44,716 bases of DNA from Escherichia coli (GTDB lineage Bacteria; Pseudomonadota; Gammaproteobacteria; Enterobacterales; Enterobacteriaceae), in assembly GCF_048403405.1 (NCBI RefSeq), contig NZ_CP183137.1; one strand, given 5' to 3'. The translations under genes and the position numbers were made by a program. The notes under the pieces are model-generated. The model had not been told where the DNA came from and did no database searches. It saw only the letters and a program-made list of their open reading frames with translations. This document shows positions 1-9,281 of this stretch, piece after piece (position 1 is the first letter of the stretch; each line of letters opens with the position of its first letter).

Positions 1-36
1 AGAAACGGGCGGTTGCCCGCCCGTCTCCGTCATACT

Positions 37-963
37 TCATCCGCCATAATGCGCCACATTGTCGACTATCCACGCAGGTCCGGTGACTTCCGGCAGCTCA
101 TCGTCATCTGTCGGGGAAGACCATTCCAGTTCCCCCCACAGCGCATCAACGAGCTCTCCGCGCTCATACAACTGCCAGCCACAGAAATCACAGCCCTGTT
201 CGGCATACCAGTGCTCCAGCGTGCAGCTGAAACGGCGGCTTAATTCTGCAATAACGTCGCTTTCCGGCTGACACCACGGCGTGTCGAAATCAACCTGAAT
301 GAAGTTGTCTTCCTGACTACTGATATTCACCTCATACCCCACAGGCCACTTCACGCCATACCGTTCCGTATACCAGTGATATGCAGAAGGAACACCGTTC
401 AGAACACCACCGTTAAAGCCATTCACTTCAACATCCAGGCGGGTCGGCAGAACCGTCAGCAGGTCAAACGGCATGGTTTTTTCCGGCAGTACGTTGTCAC
501 ACAGACGGTTCCACCACACCGATACATCCTCGTTACTCCAGAAGCCACACCAGTCACCTCTTTTTGCGGTGAAAAGTGCGGTGATGGTATCCCTGACCTC
601 ATCCGGTAATCCTTCCCAGCGACGCTGGCCAGTACCACTCTGCAGCCAGAGTTCATGCAGCATCAGGCAGTTTTGTACATCCAGTAGCACACCGTTCTGC
701 AGGTGTGTCAGCCAGCGGGTGAACGCGATATTCTCCGGCGATACAACACCACGTCCGGCAGCCGTCAGTCCGGGGCACGGTTCAAACTGCACATCTTCAG
801 TGGTCTGCAGAAGTCCGGCACTTCCGGCCAGAAACAGCTGAATACCTTCATTTGTGGCGCGGCGATAAAATGGTGTGACTGCACCGCTGGCCAGTCGTTT
901 AATCTCAGCAATCTGTGCTGGTTCACCAGAAAAATGCATACGATTTGAGCACCAGTTTGGCAT
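37..963 (-). CDS. Conserved plasmid hypothetical protein (308 aa); function unknown
   Basis: Long ORF 37..1008 on minus strand; internal ATG at 963 (MPNWCSNRMHFSG...) preceded by GAGAGGAG RBS; acidic C-terminus. No recognisable catalytic motif. Confidence 0.55.
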   Translation of the reverse strand: MPNWCSNRMHFSGEPAQIAEIKRLASGAVTPFYRRATNEGIQLFLAGSAGLLQTTEDVQFEPCPGLTAAGRGVVSPENIAFTRWLTHLQNGVLLDVQNCLMLHELWLQSGTGQRRWEGLPDEVRDTITALFTAKRGDWCGFWSNEDVSVWWNRLCDNVLPEKTMPFDLLTVLPTRLDVEVNGFNGGVLNGVPSAYHWYTERYGVKWPVGYEVNISSQEDNFIQVDFDTPWCQPESDVIAELSRRFSCTLEHWYAEQGCDFCGWQLYERGELVDALWGELEWSSPTDDDELPEVTGPAWIVDNVAHYGG

Positions 964-1317
964 GGGAATTCTCCTCTCACATGCGGCCTCCATCAGGCCG
1001 TGCCGCACCTGTAACCGGGCGACCGCATACGAATGCAGGTGCGGCCCCGAAGCCGCAGCGCGTGGAGGAGGAACGACGAAACGTGACCGGGTGAGGAGGC
1101 CGGCGACAGCGACACACTTGCATCGGATGCAGCCCGGTTAACGTGCCGGCACGGCCTGGGTAACCAGGTATTTTGTCCACAGAACCGTGCACAAAATGCT
1201 GTGGATAAGCTGGACACAGCACTCCACAGCAGGCATACAGCCACACTCTCAGAGAATTGAGCATTTTTTAGTCAGAGCAATGACATTTGACTGTGTGCGG
1301 ACTCAGTTATTAGAATG

Positions 1318-1333
1318 CTGTATATGCATACAG
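1318..1333. promoter_or_regulatory. LexA (SOS) box CTGTATATGCATACAG
   Basis: Matches CTGT-N8-ACAG consensus; lies 24 bp upstream of the ATG at 1357. Confidence 0.6.
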
Positions 1334-1356
1334 CAAAAGAAAAGGGAGATGAGAAC

Positions 1357-1536
1357 ATGATCCGCATTGAAATTCTTTTCGACCGCCAGAGCACAAAAAA
1401 ACTCAAATCAGGCACACTTCAGGCGCTACAGAATGAAATCGAACAACGTCTGAAACCACACTACCCGGAAATCTGGCTGCATATGTGGGAATCCCCGTCC
1501 TTCAGAGTGAGGAGCTGTCAACCAGCACTCCATTGA
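1357..1536 (+). CDS. DinI/ImpC-like small SOS-inducible protein (59 aa, possibly C-terminally altered)
   Basis: ATG at 1357 with GGGAG RBS; MIRIEILFDRQS...YPEIW resembles DinI-family N-terminus; LexA box immediately upstream. Family assignment from memory. Confidence 0.45.
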   Translation: MIRIEILFDRQSTKKLKSGTLQALQNEIEQRLKPHYPEIWLHMWESPSFRVRSCQPALH

Positions 1537-1619
1537 CTCAAATGACGGGAAACGCGGAAATCTAAAAATTAAGCCGCACACCCCGAGAAATTTTGCAGGT
1601 TTCACGGAGCGAGACTTTT

Positions 1620-2012
1620 TTAGATCAGGTTTTGCATCTTCACCCTAGCCGCTTTCAGACGGGCCTGTTCACCGTCATCCTGAGAGTGTTCTGGTGAAAC
1701 TGTACTCTGAAGCCCTCCCAACGCCTTCAGTACCTCTTTTAAATCACCGGAGGAGGGTTTCCAGCCTGTTATCCTGGCAATCTGACTAATGACCTCATCC
1801 GCATTCAATTCTCTGGTGAATAGCGCGGTTAACACGGCGGGAATTCGCTCATCAAGCTGATGCATTATCAGGCCGGTTATCAAAGCCTGCCGATATAACT
1901 CCCCCCGTTTTTTCCGGGGAACAGTTTCGATTTCAGCCAGTGCAAGACAATCGGCAGAGTCCTCCGGGTGAAGGTAGAGTGAAAGTTTTTTCCTTTCTTC
2001 GCCTTCGTACAT
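1620..2012 (-). CDS. parR: ParR/StbB-like centromere-binding adaptor of type II partition system
   Basis: 130 aa ORF immediately downstream of the ParM-like gene (4 bp gap), same strand; size and position match R1 parR. Confidence 0.7.
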   Translation of the reverse strand: MYEGEERKKLSLYLHPEDSADCLALAEIETVPRKKRGELYRQALITGLIMHQLDERIPAVLTALFTRELNADEVISQIARITGWKPSSGDLKEVLKALGGLQSTVSPEHSQDDGEQARLKAARVKMQNLI

Positions 2013-2015
2013 CGA

Positions 2016-2990
2016 TTACTCCTCCGCTTTGAAGCGTGCAATAGCCTGGACCAGCGCTGTCTGAGGTTCATCCATAAGAACCACCTTTTCGCCAAGGTGG
2101 TTCCATGCCTTACGAACAGCATCAGCAATGAGTGCAGCCCCGCCACCGACAATATATACGCGGTTTACGTTTCGATACTGCAGCAAATCATCAACAACTA
2201 GCTCGCCCAGTTTATTTATCGCTGTATCAATGGTATCCAGCACCAGATTTAGTTTAGAGACCTCATTTACAACCTGCCCCACAAAATCCAAGTTATTCCT
2301 GTTTTTGATCAACTCGTCAGCAATCATTGGACTGGTATCACTGCTGGCCATTTTCAGTGCAGTGAGCGTGGCTTTCGTGACCATTGATACACCAATATCA
2401 GGATTACCATGTACAGCCGAAACATCCTCAAACTGGCCAACAATAACCCCGACATCCAGAGTTGTACCACCGAGATCGATAACCAATGATTTTTCGTACT
2501 GACCAACGTTGTCAGCAACTAGGCGAGTAAATACAGCCGGGAGTGATTCAGGCATCACTTCAACGCTTTTAATGGTAAAAGTTCCCCCTTTGTTCAGGGT
2601 GACTTCTCGCATCAGGTTGCGAATTTTTCTCTCAATGTTAAGCGTATTTTTCTGGCAGTCGGCCGTGTAAAACTCGCTGATAGGTAACGTAACGGTGAGA
2701 TCGATCTCCTGGGGTTCAATGCCACTGTTCAGTAATGCGTGGTGAACTGCCAACACATTTGTATCAGAGTACTGATACTCAATATGAGTCGTGCTGATCG
2801 CATCTTCGCTGACCGGGTCGTAGGTATATTTACGGCCATCAAGCAGATAGTTATAAGTACGACTGCTGCCTAAGCCCTCGACTTTCCAGTTATGGCGAAA
2901 AGAGTTCACTGATACCGCACTTTTCAGCGTCTTGCCTTCAAACCAGGCAAGTTTCACATTTGTAGAACCATCATCGCAAAAAATTCTCAT
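2016..2990 (-). CDS. parM: ParM/StbA actin-like plasmid segregation ATPase
   Basis: MRIFCDDGSTNVKL N-terminus, DLGGTTLD and IVGGGA motifs typical of the ParM/actin fold; ATG at 2990 with GGAG RBS (ORF track start at 3011 is an upstream alternative start). Confidence 0.85.
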   Translation of the reverse strand: MRIFCDDGSTNVKLAWFEGKTLKSAVSVNSFRHNWKVEGLGSSRTYNYLLDGRKYTYDPVSEDAISTTHIEYQYSDTNVLAVHHALLNSGIEPQEIDLTVTLPISEFYTADCQKNTLNIERKIRNLMREVTLNKGGTFTIKSVEVMPESLPAVFTRLVADNVGQYEKSLVIDLGGTTLDVGVIVGQFEDVSAVHGNPDIGVSMVTKATLTALKMASSDTSPMIADELIKNRNNLDFVGQVVNEVSKLNLVLDTIDTAINKLGELVVDDLLQYRNVNRVYIVGGGAALIADAVRKAWNHLGEKVVLMDEPQTALVQAIARFKAEE

Positions 2991-2994
2991 ACCA

Positions 2995-3135
2995 TCTCCA
3001 TTTATACTCAACTTGAGTATTAATCTTTACACAATAACTACTCACATTAAGTAAATACGCTCATAAACCACAGGTAAGTACTCAAGCTGCGTACTTCACT
3101 TGGGCAGTTAACTACTCAATTTGAGCATTATATCA
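2995..3135. repeat. parC-like centromere/operator: repeated ACTCAAnnTGAGT-type palindromes upstream of parM
   Basis: atactcaacttgagtat, gtactcaagctgcgtact and ctactcaatttgagca occur within 140 bp directly upstream of parM. Confidence 0.5.
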
Positions 3136-3139
3136 TTTA

Positions 3140-3228
3140 TCTTGCAGCAATCTAGCATTTATCTAGCATAAATCTTGCTGCAAGATTGCACACAAAAAAA
3201 GAATGCAGCAAGATTGCTGCATCCCGGA
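3140..3228. repeat. TTGCAGCAAGATTGC-type repeats downstream of the parA operon (second centromere-like site)
   Basis: cttgcagcaatct, aatcttgctgcaagattgca and tgcagcaagattgctgca, same motif family as the array at 4240-4560. Confidence 0.5.
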
Positions 3229-3603
3229 TTAATAGCCCTGTTTTTCCTTATATGCCTCAACTGCTTTTTCCAGAACTTCCACCAGTTTCAACCCCTCACG
3301 CTCTGCGATATCCCGGATCTCTTGGTCGAAAGCAGGTGTGACACGTGTTGCAAATGCCAGCGTCCTGTTTGTTTTTCTGGCAGAACGGCCATCGCGGCGG
3401 GTATATACCTCGGTCACTGTTTGCGTAACCACAGGCTCATGGTGCACTGGCGATGAGTCTGCCTGTTGTCTCTGAACATCAGTGGCAGCGACAGCCGGAG
3501 CTATCTCAGGCGCATTCAAGCTGGTAGCCACTTCGTCGGGGCCCGGGGGTACCCCCAACCCACTACGGGTTCTTTTAGTTCTAAGTTTTGACGCATCAGC
3601 CAT
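3229..3603 (-). CDS. Small centromere-binding partner of ParA (ParG/ParB-like, predicted RHH C-terminus)
   Basis: 124 aa ORF whose start overlaps the parA stop (ATGA); basic, disordered N-terminus and C-terminal DIAEREGLKLVEVLEKAVEAYKE typical of RHH partition adaptors. Confidence 0.6.
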   Translation of the reverse strand: MADASKLRTKRTRSGLGVPPGPDEVATSLNAPEIAPAVAATDVQRQQADSSPVHHEPVVTQTVTEVYTRRDGRSARKTNRTLAFATRVTPAFDQEIRDIAEREGLKLVEVLEKAVEAYKEKQGY

Positions 3604-4235
3604 TACTCTTCTCCAATCTTATCGATGAGTGCCTGGATAAGTTCATCAGCTCTCTCGTTTAAACCTTTATAACGTGTTTCTGTCACAGCGAGTCCTGAAT
3701 TCATCGCTTTTCTGTATGCTGGCTTCTCAAAAAGGCATCCAGATAAAGTTTCATAACCTGCTTCACTGATATATGCACGAGCATCCAGCTCTTCCGCTTC
3801 GGTACCTACCCGGCTTAAAGCGAAGACCAGTTTTGAACGTGGTATACCTTCTTTTACCAACGCGTTGAAAACTTTAATTGCCGGGACAAGATCGTCAAGG
3901 GAGGCTCCCGTTGGCTGGACGATAAGGTCGGCGACCTTAGCAATTTCTGAAGTACCTTTACTTGCACGAGCAGGGCCATCAAGAATCAGAAGGTCAAAAT
4001 CGCCGGCAGATTCTATCGCCTGCTTTGCTGTTGAAAACACTTCAACGGAAGCAACCGGTGACAAACCAGCTGACAGACGTCTACGATGCCACTCAGCACT
4101 CGTTGCCTGTTCCAAGTCGAGATCAGCTAATTTTGTTTTGATACCACAGGCGGATGCTTCACGCGCTAACGCTCTCGCTTTAGTGCTTTTGCCCACACCA
4201 CCTTTCTGAGAAATAAAACCAACTATCCAGGCCAT
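3603..4235 (-). CDS. parA: ParA-family (type Ib, small) partition ATPase
   Basis: Deviant Walker A KGGVGKST at the N-terminus; 210 aa; operon with downstream small partner. Confidence 0.85.
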   Translation of the reverse strand: MAWIVGFISQKGGVGKSTKARALAREASACGIKTKLADLDLEQATSAEWHRRRLSAGLSPVASVEVFSTAKQAIESAGDFDLLILDGPARASKGTSEIAKVADLIVQPTGASLDDLVPAIKVFNALVKEGIPRSKLVFALSRVGTEAEELDARAYISEAGYETLSGCLFEKPAYRKAMNSGLAVTETRYKGLNERADELIQALIDKIGEE

Positions 4236-4239
4236 TTAG

Positions 4240-4560
4240 CCCCCTTTACTTGCTGCTATCTTGCAGCAAACATCAATATAAACCAGATTGAGATTAGGTA
4301 GAGTAACTCTTCCAGAACAAGATAACAGCTTGCAGCAAGATTGCAACAATAAATAATCTTGCTACTTAGCAGAGTGCTGGAATTGACAGCCGAATACTTG
4401 TGTCACGTTAACAATAAAAGAAACCTCATTCAGAATCGCATCGACAGATGAAGCAAGATTGCCGCAAGATTGCAGATAGCATAACATAAACAGAGCGCTA
4501 GGCCGTATGTGTACAGCATGATAGCTGCAATCTATTTTATTGCTGCTATCATGCTGAAAT
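4240..4560. repeat. Array of TTGCAGCAAGATTGC-like direct/inverted repeats upstream of parA (centromere/operator)
   Basis: At least eight copies of gcaagattgc / ttgctgc variants in 320 bp (e.g. cttgcagcaagattgcaa, gcaagattgccgcaagattgcag). Confidence 0.55.
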
Positions 4561-4818
4561 ATCATTATTAGAATCAGGCAGCCCTCGCCGCAGCCATGTA
4601 ACTGTGCGTAGCGAGCGAACTGGCGAGGAAGCGTTCCGGCAGATGGCTCTTACGCTCGGCACAAGAAGAGTTTCCCATCCAGGCAAGTACTATGGGTTGT
4701 CAGCGCCAGAGATATAAGACTGTTCTGGCCTGAGAACGTGGCCTCTATGAGTTTGGTGCTCTATCTTCCATAGATGAATGCACCAGCTCCCCCTTGACTG
4801 AACCGCGAATACGGCTTT

Positions 4819-5604
4819 TTAACGCCTCTCAAGTTGTTTTATCAGCGCTACCGCATCGGCTTCCGGCATGGCGAACTGCACACGATGACGCGCCGCGACA
4901 TCCAGCGCAAATACCTTCGTGTAGACCTCCGTTGAGCTGATGGACTTATGCCCCATCAGACTCTGCAGGACCTTCAGCGGTATACCGGCATACAGCATGT
5001 GCATCGCATAGGAATGGCGGAACGTATGTGGCGTGACCGGGACAGAGAACGTCACTCCATCAGCGGCAGCGGCGGCAACCGCCTCCCCAATCCAGGTCCT
5101 GACCGTTCTGTCCGTCACTTCCCAGATCCGCGCTTTCTCTGTCCTGCCTGTTCGTTTATTACGCCGTTCCATGGGGATTTTCAGTGTGGCCACCATCGTC
5201 TGCAGCTGGCTGACGTACCAGGCGTCAGAGAGCGGAACCAGCCGGTGAGTCTGCTGACCGGCGGGCATTCTTCCTGCCGTCCTGGCGGCTTTTTCGGTCC
5301 GCTGCTTCAGAGTGGCCAACTGCACAAACGGATACGGAGGCGCAAGCGAAAAATCCCCCCGCGTCAGCGCCAGTGCTTCATTAATGCGCGCACCGGTGTT
5401 CCACAGTGTGGCCAGCAGCATTTTGCGGCGCAGATCCGGCACGTAATGGAGCAGGGCGCTCACTTCAGGGGCCAGCAGGTATTTTGGCAGTTCATCATGA
5501 ACCATCGACATCTGGCGGAGTGCCAGCGCTGCCGGATAATCGATGGCAACAGGAAGCTGAGCAGCATCCCGGGCATGGTGGATCGGTGCCGGCAGGTGCT
5601 GCAT
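4819..5604 (-). CDS. Tyrosine-type site-specific recombinase (plasmid multimer resolvase, ResD/XerC-like)
   Basis: C-terminal HTFRHSYAMHML...GHKSISSTEVY contains the R..H-R-Y catalytic signature of tyrosine recombinases; ATG chosen at 5604 (MQHLPAPI), giving 262 aa. Confidence 0.8.
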   Translation of the reverse strand: MQHLPAPIHHARDAAQLPVAIDYPAALALRQMSMVHDELPKYLLAPEVSALLHYVPDLRRKMLLATLWNTGARINEALALTRGDFSLAPPYPFVQLATLKQRTEKAARTAGRMPAGQQTHRLVPLSDAWYVSQLQTMVATLKIPMERRNKRTGRTEKARIWEVTDRTVRTWIGEAVAAAAADGVTFSVPVTPHTFRHSYAMHMLYAGIPLKVLQSLMGHKSISSTEVYTKVFALDVAARHRVQFAMPEADAVALIKQLERR

Positions 5605-5605
5605 A

Positions 5606-6019
5606 TCAGTGTTCACTCCACGGGGAAACGTCGGGCAGGTTTTCCACAACACGGTACTTTCCCGGATAACGGAGCTGGTTACCTCCACGCGTCCAGACGG
5701 TGACAACAAAACCCCCTCCCTGGTTGTTTTCGGGGAGCAGGCGATCGCACTGCTCACTCAGCATGTGGATCACAAACGGCGCATCGCTGCCGTCTTCAAA
5801 TACCAGTTCCAGCGCATCGCGGCCATGCAGTGCTCCCTTACTGATGATGACGTACTCAGCCCCCCGCATCTCCCTGAGTAAATGTTTTGCCGCATCCGGG
5901 ACAAGCAGCCTGGCTGCGCCGGCATTCCAGCTGAGGTAGACATATCCGGCCTGCGCCTGTACAGACTGCCAGTAATCCGTTCCGGCGACAGCCTGACCTT
6001 CATTCTCAATAAAAAACAT
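5606..6019 (-). CDS. Hypothetical protein (137 aa), operon partner upstream of the recombinase
   Basis: ATG at 6019 (MFFIENEG) with GGAG RBS; stop abuts recombinase start. Confidence 0.5.
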   Translation of the reverse strand: MFFIENEGQAVAGTDYWQSVQAQAGYVYLSWNAGAARLLVPDAAKHLLREMRGAEYVIISKGALHGRDALELVFEDGSDAPFVIHMLSEQCDRLLPENNQGGGFVVTVWTRGGNQLRYPGKYRVVENLPDVSPWSEH

Positions 6020-6059
6020 GGGTGACTCCTTTTTTCTTTTCCGGGCAGGGACGGTCATG

Positions 6060-6130
6060 CGATAACGTCATCCATCATCACTGCCCTTACCGTCACGCCG
6101 TCTGATAACATCATGCCGTTATCATCATCA
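6060..6130. repeat. GATAAC/TTATCATC iteron-like direct repeats upstream of hypothetical-recombinase operon
   Basis: tgcgataacgtcatcc, tctgataacatcatgcc, gttatcatcatcacc and catgataacaagcatcc within about 70 bp; possible res/operator site. Confidence 0.3.
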
Positions 6131-6424
6131 CCATGATAACAAGCATCCATATAACCACGCCGTTAAATTACCGGAGAGCCGTTTCCGTCAGATCCGACTT
6201 TCCGGAATATCACAACTTTCCGGAAGTGTACCACGCTGAGAAAATCATCATATCGCTGTTTTCCGCCCCTGCGCGGCGCATCACAGGTCAGGGAGATGAC
6301 ACAACATATAGTGTCATCAGCAGCTGAATTCAGCACTACATGTTGTGCTGACGGGAGATGGCGCTGTGCGGAGGGAGAGGAAGATCCGTAACCGCCGGAA
6401 ACCGGATCTGCACGGCGGGAAACG

Positions 6425-6585
6425 GGCAAATGATATGATAATTAAGCAACACACATAAAATCATATCAGATATGATTTTCATCGTTAAAAATTAAACAAT
6501 ATCTGATATTATCAGAAATCAGGAGCACACAAATCATGCAGGATATGATTTTTACCTGTCAGAACATTATCAGATGGAGCGTGCA
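6425..6585. repeat. AT-rich palindromic repeats (ATCAGATAT / ATATCTGAT family)
   Basis: atcatatcagatatgatt, atatctgatattatcag, gatatgatttt and cattatcagatgg repeats directly upstream of the truncated ORF at 6588. Confidence 0.35.
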
Positions 6586-6587
6586 GG

Positions 6588-6775
6588 ATGGATCAGGAAA
6601 TGACGTTTTCACTCAGCTATGAACAACTGACCCGGTTTGCGGAAAAACGCATTCGGGAATGCAATCTGGACAGCCAGGGCGCGATTTATCTCTGCGAGTC
6701 AGCCAAAGCCGGAGCCGTGCTGATCTTCTGGCATGAACTGGCCATAAATGGCTATGCCTCAATGAATGCCATAAA
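6588..6775 (+). pseudogene. 5' portion of an unknown gene truncated by the Tn3-family end / IS26
   Basis: ORF MDQEMTFSLSYEQLTRFAEKR... runs straight into the Tn3-type IR at 6776; the downstream reading frame is transposon and IS26 sequence. Confidence 0.3.
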
Positions 6776-6804
6776 GGGGTCAGTTTGGATATCGAAAATT
6801 ATTG
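6776..6804 (+). mobile_element. First 29 bp of a Tn3-family 38-bp terminal inverted repeat, cut by IS26
   Basis: GGGGTCAGTTTGGATATCGAAAATTATTG is identical to bases 1-29 of the complete IR at 35421-35458; IS26 IR starts at the next base. Confidence 0.6.
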
Positions 6805-7624
6805 GGCACTGTTGCAAAGTTAGCGATGAGGCAGCCTTTTGTCTTATTCAAAGGCCTTACATTTCAAAAACTCTGCTTACCAGGCGCATTTCGCCCAGGG
6901 GATCACCATAATAAAATGCTGAGGCCTGGCCTTTGCGTAGTGCACGCATCACCTCAATACCTTTGATGGTGGCGTAAGCCGTCTTCATGGATTTAAATCC
7001 CAGCGTGGCGTTGATTATCCGTTTCAGTTTGCCATGATCGCATTCAATCACGTTGTTCCGGTACTTAATCTGTCGGTGTTCAACGTCAGACGGGCACCGG
7101 CCTTCGCGTTTGAGCAGAGCAAGCGCGCGACCATAGGCGGGCGCTTTATCCGTGTTGATGAATCGTGGGATCTGCCACTTCTTCACGTTGTTGAGGATTT
7201 TACCCAGAAACCGGTATGCAGCTTTGCTGTTACGACGGGAGGAGAGATAAAAATCGACAGTGCGGCCCCGGCTGTCGACGGCCCGGTACAGATACGCCCA
7301 GCGGCCATTGACCTTCACGTAGGTTTCATCCATGTGCCACGGGCAAAGATCGGAAGGGTTACGCCAGTACCAGCGCAGCCGTTTTTCCATTTCAGGCGCA
7401 TAACGCTGAACCCAGCGGTAAATCGTGGAGTGATCGACATTCACTCCGCGTTCAGCCAGCATCTCCTGCAGCTCACGGTAACTGATGCCGTATTTGCAGT
7501 ACCAGCGTACGGCCCACAGAATGATGTCACGCTGAAAATGCCGGCCTTTGAATGGGTTCATGTGCAGCTCCATCAGCAAAAGGGGATGATAAGTTTATCA
7601 CCACCGACTATTTGCAACAGTGCC
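6805..7624 (-). mobile_element. IS26 (IS6 family), complete 820 bp
   Basis: 14-bp terminal IRs GGCACTGTTGCAAA at 6805-6818 and inverted at 7611-7624; flanking 8 bp differ (aattattg vs gaaaaaac), so no target-site duplication. Confidence 0.95.
6857..7561 (-). CDS. tnpA: IS26 transposase (DDE, 234 aa)
   Basis: MNPFKGRHFQRDIILWAVRWYCKYGISYRELQEM... matches the Tnp26 sequence as I recall it. Confidence 0.95.
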   Translation of the reverse strand: MNPFKGRHFQRDIILWAVRWYCKYGISYRELQEMLAERGVNVDHSTIYRWVQRYAPEMEKRLRWYWRNPSDLCPWHMDETYVKVNGRWAYLYRAVDSRGRTVDFYLSSRRNSKAAYRFLGKILNNVKKWQIPRFINTDKAPAYGRALALLKREGRCPSDVEHRQIKYRNNVIECDHGKLKRIINATLGFKSMKTAYATIKGIEVMRALRKGQASAFYYGDPLGEMRLVSRVFEM

Positions 7625-7937
7625 GAAAAAACTAAGCTAGGCTGGGGGGCAAGCTTTCAGCTAATGAGATACATGACTGAGCAACTGGATGAAAATGGCA
7701 GGGTTATCGGATTAATGAAGATATAAATGTGACAGGTCAGGTGAATCGTAGTGGTTGTTCAATGCCCCAAGGGCAGTCAGTTAATATGATTCTTCCTCCT
7801 GTCGGTGTGGCTCTGTTGAGAAAAAATGCCGGCCTGAAATTACCCGGCAACACCGGAAGGGCTGCGTTATCCGGCCTCAAGAGCGGGCTGAACAGGTGAG
7901 GGAACAGCTGAACGGCCACGACATAATCCACAACCCC

Positions 7938-8305
7938 GTTACCTGGACCACAAAACGGGAGAAACGGCGACGGAAACGCTGACACAGCGTGAGCTGGTCG
8001 CGAGGCTGAAACAGCACATCCCGGAGAAGTTTTTTAAGATGGTGAGGTACTTCGGGTTCCTTGCCAACCGGGTGTGTGGAGAAAAGCTGCCGCAGGTGTA
8101 CCGTGCTCTGGGGATGGATAAGCCGGAACCAGTGGCGAAAGTGTGCTATGCACAAATGGTGAAACAGTTCCTGAGTCGTGACCCGTTCGAATGCGTGCTG
8201 TGTGGCGGCCGGATGGTGTACCGCCGGGCCATTGCGGGGCTGAATGTATCAGGGCTGAAGAAAAACGCGCGGGATATCAGTCTGCTGAGGTATATCCCTG
8301 GGTGA
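7938..8305 (+). pseudogene. IS91-family transposase, C-terminal fragment
   Basis: Encodes ...TETLTQRELVARLKQHIPEKFFKMVRYFGFLANRVCGEK...LLRYIPG, homologous to the C-terminus of the 402-aa transposase at 38171-39379. Confidence 0.7.
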
Positions 8306-8484
8306 TGCAGGCTAAGTGCGCCTGCAATCCGGTAAAAGTATAAAAAACGGTCATTAACGGTATAAAAAACGACCGCAGGGGAAGCCCGAAAGCCCTGTTG
8401 TTCCGGAAACACGACTTACTGCACGTGGCATAAGGTGCGGACAACGGCGTTACTTAGTTTTTCAATTTCCTATACGTCAAGGAA
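7938..8484 (+). mobile_element. 3' fragment of an IS91-family element (transposase C-terminus plus ori-type right end)
   Basis: Near-identical to 39013-39550 of the intact copy; ends ...tttcaatttcctatacgt followed by CAAG, the IS91-type target tetranucleotide. Confidence 0.7.
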
Positions 8485-8667
8485 ACCAGTATGAAAAAAT
8501 CAATCGGTAATCTAAAATTAATGGCTAGCTGGGTTGTTGCTCTGCCGGTATTCGTTGGAGCTGGAGCTCACAGTGTATCTGTGCTCGCCCCAATATTTCT
8601 TCGTCATAATTCACAACTGACACCATACAGCCCCTTTATGGCCACTCTGGTGTTATTCCCCCTTCAT

Positions 8668-8949
8668 TCAATAAAGGGCAATTACAGGTTTTTTGATACC
8701 ACACGCATGGGCATAGCGAGTCAGTGTATCGATGCTGGCTTTAGTGATGTTGTTTTCCAGGCGGGAAATAACCGGAGGTGTAACCCCCATGCGTTCAGCA
8801 ACCTGCGCTTTTGTCAGGTTGTCATGCTTACGCCATTCTGCAAGCAACGCCCTGAGCTTCTCCTTGCGTTCTTCTTCCTGCCATGCAGTACGATATTCCT
8901 CGTCCTTCATCCACTCGTTATGCAGTTCTTTATGGCTTACCAGTTTCAT
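8668..8949 (-). CDS. HTH (XRE-family) antitoxin, HigA-like
   Basis: 93 aa; C-terminal KAQVAERMGVTPPVISRLENN HTH; overlaps and follows the RelE-like toxin gene. Confidence 0.7.
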   Translation of the reverse strand: MKLVSHKELHNEWMKDEEYRTAWQEEERKEKLRALLAEWRKHDNLTKAQVAERMGVTPPVISRLENNITKASIDTLTRYAHACGIKKPVIALY

Positions 8950-9259
8950 TAAGTACCTCCGCTAACCGCTTTCTGGCGAGATTGATTTCTTTTGCTGGCG
9001 TTTTCTGAGACTTCTTGATGAAAACCCGGAGCATGATGATGGTATTGCCTTTGTGATATACCCAGATGCCTCTGGCTATGTCTGTCCCCATCGTGCGGAT
9101 CTCAAAAAGTCCATCACCCAAGGGCTTTGTGTCCGGTTCCCGCAGTAATCGGGCATCATACTCCAGTTTGCCGATGAGACGGTCAAACTTTACCCTGATT
9201 TTTACGGGTAATGCTGTGGCTTCTTCTCTGGCTTCCGGGTGATAAACGACGCTAAACAT
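8930..9259 (-). CDS. RelE/ParE-superfamily toxin (HigB / Gp49-like)
   Basis: About 109 aa, ATG at 9259 with GGGAGG RBS; toxin-first order with overlapping antitoxin typical of higBA. Confidence 0.7.
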   Translation of the reverse strand: MFSVVYHPEAREEATALPVKIRVKFDRLIGKLEYDARLLREPDTKPLGDGLFEIRTMGTDIARGIWVYHKGNTIIMLRVFIKKSQKTPAKEINLARKRLAEVLNETGKP

Positions 9260-9281
9260 GCGACCTCCCATTCCAATTAAT

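Noticed and set aside
4948..5703. 251-aa plus-strand ORF
   Set aside because: Lies entirely antisense to the tyrosine recombinase gene, with Arg/Gly/Pro-rich composition typical of antisense frames in GC-rich coding DNA.
8491..8952. 153-aa plus-strand ORF with signal-peptide-like start
   Set aside because: Overlaps the better-supported HTH antitoxin gene on the opposite strand over most of its length; only the first about 60 codons are free, so it is not called.
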